A stretch of DNA of 64,000 bases from a virus (Duplodnaviria > Caudoviricetes): positions 64,001-128,000 of the IMG/VR virus record IMGVR_UViG_2912838376_000002; one strand, written 5' to 3'. The position numbers and the translations under genes were made by a program. Position 1 is the stretch's first letter. Each line of letters opens with the position of its first letter. Under the pieces are notes generated by a model. It was not told the origin of the DNA. It made no database searches and saw nothing but the letters and a program-made list of their open reading frames with translations. Shown here piece after piece: positions 57,818 through 64,000 of the stretch.

Positions 57818-58652
57818 TTTTGGCACCTCCTTCCGTTACTGGTCTAACTGGTAATAATGTAGCTCTTGATGAATGAGTAAGAGCGTTAAAATTTGTATAG
57901 TGATGATATAGTCTTCTTTCTGCAAAGATCTGATTTAGGTATCCCATCGTAATCAATGCAGCCATTTCATTTGATTGCATTCTTTGTGGTTGAGAAACAA
58001 TATTCTGCCCACAACTTTGTGAAGGTAAGAGACTTTCATTGTCTTCTAATATGTCTGGATAAACTCCGGCAACCGGTGCAAGCATCGTATCGTTATGATG
58101 TAATCCAACTACACAATGACCTGCGTATCCTGAACGGATTTTTTCTTCATCTGTTCCTTCAAGTAATACACCGTCAACTCCACAATCTATGTAGATGATG
58201 TTATGGTCTTTCAAAAAGTATTCGTGCATAATTTTTCTCGAAGCATGATTATCAACTGCGCCAATTAATACACGGAACAAAACACGAGAAGAATCAAGAA
58301 CATATGTCTCCTGGTTAGAACGGAAACAATTCGATAATTCTTCAACAGACTCTACATATTCTTCACGATGATAGATAGGAAACTGATAAGACATTCCATA
58401 TCTCTCTGCTAATACCTTCGCTTTATTCTTATCTAAATCTCTAGGTAAGAATGGTTGTCTTTGTAAGTTTTTTTCTTCAACTCTATCTAAATCAACTAAC
58501 GTATAATCAAATGTTGTATGACTTGAATTTTTAGTCAAAGAGGATATTAACTTAGCTAATCGCTGAGTTATATATCCCCCATTTCCTCCACAACCAACTT
58601 GTACAATATCAAAATGCATTGTTCTACTTGGATAAAATTCTAGCGCTCTCAT
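57810..58652 (-). CDS. ThiF/E1-like adenylyltransferase (PRTRC-type)
   Basis: VGCGGNGG, DLDRVEEKNLQRQ, NKAKVLAERY, GAVDN..SR, SQSCG (putative catalytic Cys). Confidence 0.9.
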   Translation of the reverse strand: MRALEFYPSRTMHFDIVQVGCGGNGGYITQRLAKLISSLTKNSSHTTFDYTLVDLDRVEEKNLQRQPFLPRDLDKNKAKVLAERYGMSYQFPIYHREEYVESVEELSNCFRSNQETYVLDSSRVLFRVLIGAVDNHASRKIMHEYFLKDHNIIYIDCGVDGVLLEGTDEEKIRSGYAGHCVVGLHHNDTMLAPVAGVYPDILEDNESLLPSQSCGQNIVSQPQRMQSNEMAALITMGYLNQIFAERRLYHHYTNFNALTHSSRATLLPVRPVTEGGAKNV

Positions 58653-58656
58653 TTAA

Positions 58657-59151
58657 TCACCCATTCTTTGCGCCTTTTACGATAGGCACAATTAGTTTTT
58701 TATCTGCATCAACATCCATATGGCAACGTTCTTTAGAAAGTTCAGGGTAATCTAATTCCAACCATTCACGAACTTGTTCTAAAGTCATATCGTTTTCTGG
58801 TGGATTATATTGCTGTGCAGCATAGGCGATATTCCAAGTTGTATCTACTTTTATATTCTTTTTATCTACTGGCTTAGTAGTCTTCTTATCTTTCCCCTTT
58901 GCCTTGCCTGCTGCTGGTTTCTTTTCTTCCTTATTAACTTGAACTACAGGTGGCTTTTCTTCTTTCACTTGAACGACTACAGGTTGTTCAGTCTGTGCTA
59001 CATTATCAAAAGGGTTGTTACTACTAGGGTTATCAAATAAATTTGTACCTGCTGTTGTTTGAAATAGCCCATCAAATTTTTTAGATTCTGTTGGATCTAA
59101 GAAGTCGTTCTGTGATAAATCAATCTTGAATAAGTCGTTTTTCTCTGTCAT
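58657..59151 (-). CDS. Ubiquitin-like (Prok_Ub / PRTRC protein C-like) domain with disordered N-terminal extension
   Basis: MTLEQVREWL...YPEL and C-terminal KGAKNG. Confidence 0.7.
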   Translation of the reverse strand: MTEKNDLFKIDLSQNDFLDPTESKKFDGLFQTTAGTNLFDNPSSNNPFDNVAQTEQPVVVQVKEEKPPVVQVNKEEKKPAAGKAKGKDKKTTKPVDKKNIKVDTTWNIAYAAQQYNPPENDMTLEQVREWLELDYPELSKERCHMDVDADKKLIVPIVKGAKNG

Positions 59152-59188
59152 ATAAATACCCTCTTCCTATTGAATTAATATTGGCGAT

Positions 59189-59893
59189 CTATTTTACTGG
59201 GAAATACACATTAACGAATCTTTGAACTAAGTCCACTGATGTATAATCTTCTTCGATTAATTTGTCATAATTAAAATGGGGTTGTCCCTGCGTCTCACTA
59301 AAGATTTGTCGCAAAGGCCAACCCCATTTATTTTTATTCTCTAAATTGTAGTAGTGATCTGTGAATGCTGCAGAAAGCCAGTTATGAATAAACGATGACA
59401 TCTGAGCTAAATCCTGCATTTCTGTTAAAAAGAAGAAACACATTTCTCCGTCCTTTTGTACATGCGAGAAAGGAAAACGATACAACTTAGTTGTGTCACG
59501 AAATACTTTATCTCGGAACGCATAACATCTTTTATTCTCAAGAAGATATTTATCTCCATTCGGTCTAAATACAAAAACAAACAATAAGTTTGGAAATGGA
59601 ATTTGCTTATACTTTGTTGAATGATATGTTAAGTTATGTTTGAATTCTTTCTTCTCCATGAATAAAACAATCTTTCCATCTGGTAAAGCCATGTATTTTA
59701 CAGTGCCAGGTGGTAGTGCTGGTGTTTCAAAAACAGGTATATCCAACTTCTTTGTATTTGTTTTTGTTTCATAGCAGTTCTTCTGTACAAATTCAAATAG
59801 TGTGTTGTGGTCTATATGGAATGAGCGCTGTGCTCCGTTCTTCTCGTATTCGACAAGTGGTAATTTTTCGTCTCCAATTGTAATTTTAATCAT
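59189..59893 (-). CDS. Prokaryotic E2 family D-like protein (PRTRC protein B-like)
   Basis: PALPPG, PFPNLLFVF, TKLYRFPFSHVQKDGEMC. Confidence 0.75.
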   Translation of the reverse strand: MIKITIGDEKLPLVEYEKNGAQRSFHIDHNTLFEFVQKNCYETKTNTKKLDIPVFETPALPPGTVKYMALPDGKIVLFMEKKEFKHNLTYHSTKYKQIPFPNLLFVFVFRPNGDKYLLENKRCYAFRDKVFRDTTKLYRFPFSHVQKDGEMCFFFLTEMQDLAQMSSFIHNWLSAAFTDHYYNLENKNKWGWPLRQIFSETQGQPHFNYDKLIEEDYTSVDLVQRFVNVYFPVK

Positions 59894-60449
59894 TTTGTAA
59901 TTCTCTCCCTTCAACTAATGAGTTAATAGAATCGTTGACATCCCTAAGTTCTATTAGGAATTCAATCGTATCGTTTATATCAAGACCTCCATTGTCTTGC
60001 ATGCCTATCATGAAAGTACCAGGTTGGTTTGCGAAAGTAGAATGAACAGGGTCATCGCTACATGCAATTTTAGAATCTGGTAAGTAAACAAACTCAACTA
60101 AATTTCCGCAACTTGTATTTGTAAGTACTTCAATATTTCTTGTGAATTCAATAAAAGTTGGTTGATTCGCATAAGGTAATAATGAAGGAACACGTATAGC
60201 CCCAGCTATATAGTAATTCCATCCGTCTGCAAGCTCTTCAGAAACTTCATGAGGTACATCAATCCAATCAAAATCAAAATCGAATAGGTAAGGTAATGCC
60301 TCTTGCAATTCGTGTATGTATAAATCGCATTCCTCTGAAGTGCATTGTTTTAAGAACTCAATTAATCCATCATCTGTAATGTCATACGCTTTAATTAGAG
60401 TTTGAACGAACAGGTTTCGTTTAGCTTCTAATACGGGAAACTTTAACAT
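59886..60449 (-). CDS. Hypothetical acidic protein in the Ubl operon
   Basis: Overlapping, coupled ORF. Confidence 0.65.
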   Translation of the reverse strand: MLKFPVLEAKRNLFVQTLIKAYDITDDGLIEFLKQCTSEECDLYIHELQEALPYLFDFDFDWIDVPHEVSEELADGWNYYIAGAIRVPSLLPYANQPTFIEFTRNIEVLTNTSCGNLVEFVYLPDSKIACSDDPVHSTFANQPGTFMIGMQDNGGLDINDTIEFLIELRDVNDSINSLVEGRELQND

Positions 60450-61090
60450 GCGTCCACCTGCTTTCTCCTTTGTATTTCATCTACTAATTCTTTATAGAAT
60501 TCATAATATTCTTCAGCAAATTTTGAATAAGCGCCCATAAATCTAGGTCCGAATTCCTCAGTGGTATGGAATTCAAAATCGCACCAAAGTATATACGTAT
60601 ACTCCATATGTTTTTCAAATTGTGTATACCTAGATGAATATCCTCCGAAAAACTGACTTGCAAAATACGTTTCGTAAAATTCTTTAAAACTCATACATAC
60701 GTCACCTAAATTATGAAACATATCATCTATTCGAACCTTTAGTTCAGTTTCCTCAGCTTCTGTAAATAAATGAAGATGATCTAACAATAAACCGAAATGA
60801 AAAATACCAGCTACCTCAATCGGACAATGATCTTGAACATTTCCTTGAATGTTTCCAATACAACGGCCGAAAGCTTCATTGGGATAATCTAAACACGTTG
60901 AACTCGTTAGATTCTCTAATACTTCGGGTATATAATTACAAAAAGACATCTGCTCACCCAAACTAATATAAGTGGGCTCTACAATGTCTCTTGGGTATTC
61001 AACAAAATTATTTATATGTGTTTGAGTTTTAACATAGGAATAATAACGAAGTGTATCTCTGTAGTATCCTGCTTCAAGATTATTAATCAT
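60443..61090 (-). CDS. Hypothetical protein in the Ubl operon
   Basis: Overlapping, coupled ORF. Confidence 0.65.
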   Translation of the reverse strand: MINNLEAGYYRDTLRYYSYVKTQTHINNFVEYPRDIVEPTYISLGEQMSFCNYIPEVLENLTSSTCLDYPNEAFGRCIGNIQGNVQDHCPIEVAGIFHFGLLLDHLHLFTEAEETELKVRIDDMFHNLGDVCMSFKEFYETYFASQFFGGYSSRYTQFEKHMEYTYILWCDFEFHTTEEFGPRFMGAYSKFAEEYYEFYKELVDEIQRRKQVDAC

Positions 61091-61491
61091 ATAAAATCAC
61101 AATCCTCAGCTAAATGTTCTTTTAATTTCGAAGCTTGTTCCTCCACTCCTAAACTCCTACCGAATTCATAATAGTAATCACGGCCATTGCTAGTAGTTGG
61201 TTCTTCAATGAGTTCTTCGAGGTCATGAGAAATGTGCTCACAAGCCATCTCTAATACTTCATGAGATGTTTTGTCTATCATTTCTTGTGGAAGTTCCCCT
61301 TCTGTAAATAAGATCTTATATATAGAAGAAATTTCATCGTATTGCTGTAGCCATTCCGTAGGAGCAGCTTTATCCTGATTACTTTCAAACGTTTCGATAA
61401 GAGCATTTACATTAATTTTATCCGAAGGAATCCTAGTTACAATAACATTGCTTAACTGATTTATTCCATGCAAAGTCGGTTTCATAAACAA
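61087..61491 (-). CDS. Hypothetical protein in the Ubl operon
   Basis: RBS GGAGGG; coupled. Confidence 0.6.
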   Translation of the reverse strand: MFMKPTLHGINQLSNVIVTRIPSDKINVNALIETFESNQDKAAPTEWLQQYDEISSIYKILFTEGELPQEMIDKTSHEVLEMACEHISHDLEELIEEPTTSNGRDYYYEFGRSLGVEEQASKLKEHLAEDCDFI

Positions 61492-61525
61492 CCCTCCAAT
61501 AAAAAATTATTTCTTCCTACTTGTA

Positions 61526-61801
61526 TCAATCTAGTTTTTCTAGATATTCTTTGATCTCTTTTATTAATTGATTCACTTCCTTGGGATGTACTTGTATTTT
61601 TCCATTTACCAATGAAATATTACGTCTTGATATTTTCCCAGTTATAATACAAGCCTCACTATACCGTTGTAGAACAAGCATTTCATTTACTACAGTAAAT
61701 TCTACAGGCACTGCTTGAATTTCCCATACGTTTGCTAATTCTCTAGGAATACCTATACGTCCTTTATTGTCTACATATTGAATAATGCCTGTGAATTTCA
61801 T
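61526..61801 (-). CDS. AbrB-family transition-state regulator
   Basis: MKFTGII..VDNKGRIGIP.EL and C-terminal ACIITG; ATG after GGAGG. Confidence 0.85.
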   Translation of the reverse strand: MKFTGIIQYVDNKGRIGIPRELANVWEIQAVPVEFTVVNEMLVLQRYSEACIITGKISRRNISLVNGKIQVHPKEVNQLIKEIKEYLEKLD

Positions 61802-61820
61802 ACTTCCTCCCGTTAACAAC

Positions 61821-61967
61821 CTAATGTCTTTCTTTATAAATCAATTTTTGAGCAAAGTGCAGTAATTCAATTTCAATATTTTGAGGTCGAACACCCTGGT
61901 CCAACAGCTGGTTTACATGAGTCTCCATTTGTTTTTTTAATGACTCCATTATCTCTTCTGCCTTCAT
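61821..61967 (-). CDS. 48-aa hypothetical protein
   Basis: Hand-translated MKAEEIMESLKKQ...; RBS GGAGG. Confidence 0.55.
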   Translation of the reverse strand: MKAEEIMESLKKQMETHVNQLLDQGVRPQNIEIELLHFAQKLIYKERH

Positions 61968-62063
61968 GATTATTCCTCCTAATTAGAATTCATATCATAT
62001 TAAGCATTTGAAATGAAATTATTCAATTTTATACTTACAAAAAAGAAGACCCTTAGAGTCTTC

Positions 62064-62486
62064 TTAGTGTTCAAGATTTACGATACCTACATAAGATCTA
62101 TCAGCTATAGTTGGTATTACTTTAAGCCCTTGGAAGGTTTCTTCGACTCCGTTGTATTGGATATCGTTATATCTTCTTACATGATGATGGTCGTCACGAT
62201 TAAGAAATATAGCATTCGGATGCATTCGGTGACTACGAACAAAATCATGATACAATCCTGATAGTCTGTTCATAGTATCTCTGCTACGTTCATTTTCTCT
62301 TTCCATAATCATGTACTCCATTATGTTGTCTGGTTCTCTCATGTAAGGAGAACGCAAACTATGATTCACATACGTTGTTTCAAACGGTTGATATGGCTCA
62401 GACAGATACTCCATCTCAAAATATCTCGGTCCTGTATTTACATAAAGTCCCGGAGGAGTAATTTTTAATTCACTAAGCGAAACCAT
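62064..62486 (-). CDS. Hypothetical protein
   Basis: RBS AAGGGTGA; terminator downstream. Confidence 0.6.
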   Translation of the reverse strand: MVSLSELKITPPGLYVNTGPRYFEMEYLSEPYQPFETTYVNHSLRSPYMREPDNIMEYMIMERENERSRDTMNRLSGLYHDFVRSHRMHPNAIFLNRDDHHHVRRYNDIQYNGVEETFQGLKVIPTIADRSYVGIVNLEH

Positions 62487-62847
62487 TTTAAATCACCCTT
62501 TTTAAAATGAGAAGGGGCGTTAGCCCCATCCATTGTTTTGAGAAGAACAATACAAATCTAGTTGAAGATAAATCATATATATATGTTCTTCTATACTCTA
62601 CTCACTCTTTGTTGCTTGATTTGATCTTTGTTGTAAAATAAGCAATTATCTATATAAATTCAAGGGTAATTTCTGGAATTAATATTTTTTTCTAAAAGCG
62701 AACACAAACAAAAAAGCGACCCTATTAACGGATCGCTTGATAATTCATTTACTCGTAGACTTATTATATGTTAAAGAAATTACTCTTGAAGTATTTTAAA
62801 TTAGATTCCCCTAGAATTCAGTTTATTCCACTAAACGTTAAACAGAA

Positions 62848-62997
62848 TTACCAAGTGTCTCCTCTGTTCATATACTGAACATATTCATAAGATTTCTCTT
62901 CAGACAGGTTATTGTTTTCAGTATGCAGTAGACTTAATCCAAATGCGAATGTACCAGTTAATGCAATACTCAATACCAATATTTTTAGTTTTTTCAT
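62848..62997 (-). CDS. phr: Phr-type secreted signalling pre-peptide (…YVQYMNRGDTW)
   Basis: Hand-translated 49 aa with signal peptide; TAATG overlap with the rap stop. Confidence 0.85.
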   Translation of the reverse strand: MKKLKILVLSIALTGTFAFGLSLLHTENNNLSEEKSYEYVQYMNRGDTW

Positions 62998-64000
62998 TAT
63001 TTTAACGCTCCTTTTTCAAAGTATTGTTTTTTAACATTAATACTGCGATGATAATACTCACTTGCTTTAACTGTATTATTTTCGTCATAGTATTTTGTAG
63101 CTAGTTTTTCGGTATATTCTTGCATGCACTCCAATAGGTTTTCTTTCTCAAAATAAGAAAGTCCTTCTTGAACGACTACCTCTAATTCGGCAGCAGGTAC
63201 ATTTTCATTTAACTTCTGTAGGATTCTAAATCTATGTAGATATTCTGCATTGTTTATTTTATGGCAAACATCTAGCCCTCTTTCAATTAATTCTTTAGAT
63301 TGCTCATTATTACCTAACTTATAATTCTCTTCTGCTTCTGAAAATAAAGCTTTGAAATGGTTAGGAATATTAAGAGTAACCTCCGAAAGATGTCTAATTG
63401 CTAAAGCAGACAAGTTTTGGCTCGCATATAACCAGCCTAGATTGCTTCTTACTCGTAGGATTAATTTCTTCTCGTCCATTTTATTTAAAATATTAATAGA
63501 TGAGTTAAAACTTTCTTCGGCTAGTTCGTATTGTTTTAAATCTACACAAGCTAGACCATACACATTTTCACAAGATGCAACATTTATATCATATCCTTTA
63601 TGTTTAGAAAAAATTTCTTTAGCTTTATCTGCATATTTAATGGCTACTAAAGGCTGATACGTCTGATAATTAAAAGTTGAAAATCTATAATAAAACTCTG
63701 CACGTTCTAATATGTCTGGGATATTATCTAACATCTCTTCAGCTTTTAAATAATGCTCTTTTGCTTCAGAAAAATTTGTGAGGACAGTTGAATGTATTGC
63801 TTTGAAGAAATGATAATAGTAATTTAACATTTGATCACTTGGAGCATTTAGCTCTTCAATTCGGTCGAAACTGTCTTTCCCGATTCCAAAATCATCAGTT
63901 AGTAATTTATATCTAAAATCCAATAAAGAATAGTATAGCAATAGATTCTGATCCTGTTCAGCTAAAGCATTAATTTGAGTATCTATCTCTTTTTTTAACT
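62997..64000 (-). CDS. rap: Rap-family TPR regulator/aspartate phosphatase (5' end outside the window)
   Basis: DQNLLLYYSLLDFRY, YYYHFFKA, ERAEFYY, NLGWLYASQNLS; frame open to the window edge. Confidence 0.9.
   Translation of the reverse strand, partial: LKKEIDTQINALAEQDQNLLLYYSLLDFRYKLLTDDFGIGKDSFDRIEELNAPSDQMLNYYYHFFKAIHSTVLTNFSEAKEHYLKAEEMLDNIPDILERAEFYYRFSTFNYQTYQPLVAIKYADKAKEIFSKHKGYDINVASCENVYGLACVDLKQYELAEESFNSSINILNKMDEKKLILRVRSNLGWLYASQNLSALAIRHLSEVTLNIPNHFKALFSEAEENYKLGNNEQSKELIERGLDVCHKINNAEYLHRFRILQKLNENVPAAELEVVVQEGLSYFEKENLLECMQEYTEKLATKYYDENNTVKASEYYHRSINVKKQYFEKGALK

Noticed and set aside
671-63657. Many short opposite-strand or nested track ORFs (e.g. 671-907, 2356-2751, 25823-26242, 45741-46040, 54194-54499, 63352-63657)
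   Set aside because: Antisense to or nested in genes with clear motifs; no RBS

Overview
Low-GC Bacillus (cereus-group-like) DNA from a large phage or plasmid-prophage. The inference rests on a Rap/Phr pair, an AbrB-like gene, an XlyA/PlyG-type endolysin, holins and dense co-oriented ORFs; the layout recalls pBtic235-type plasmidial jumbo prophages, which I have not verified. Most genes are on the minus strand. The window holds the replication/recombination module (AEP primase, DnaB-like helicase, PcrA/UvrD, SNF2, RecA, Sak, SSB, RuvC and three PD-(D/E)XK nucleases), a full thymidine-nucleotide supply set (TK, TMK, ThyA, DHFR, dUTPase, dNK, deoxyribosyltransferase) and candidate anti-defence enzymes (Apyc1-like MBL hydrolase, Mesh1/SAH-like HD hydrolase, truncated PRS/Adps-like gene). 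It also holds one response regulator with two histidine kinases, an 18-tRNA array interleaved with tRNA-like and other structured RNAs, a PRTRC-like E1/E2/ubiquitin-like module and lysis genes. The most notable unexplained items are: (1) a ~320-nt closed-stem RNA with eleven 7-nt repeats directly after a coiled-coil protein gene (52691-53650), a possible RNA-scaffolded ribonucleoprotein; (2) the ubiquitin-like conjugation operon; (3) several non-tRNA structured RNAs in the tRNA array; (4) a secreted WWWE-ending peptide paired with a polytopic membrane protein under a shared promoter motif. All family assignments come from motif recognition by eye, not database searches.
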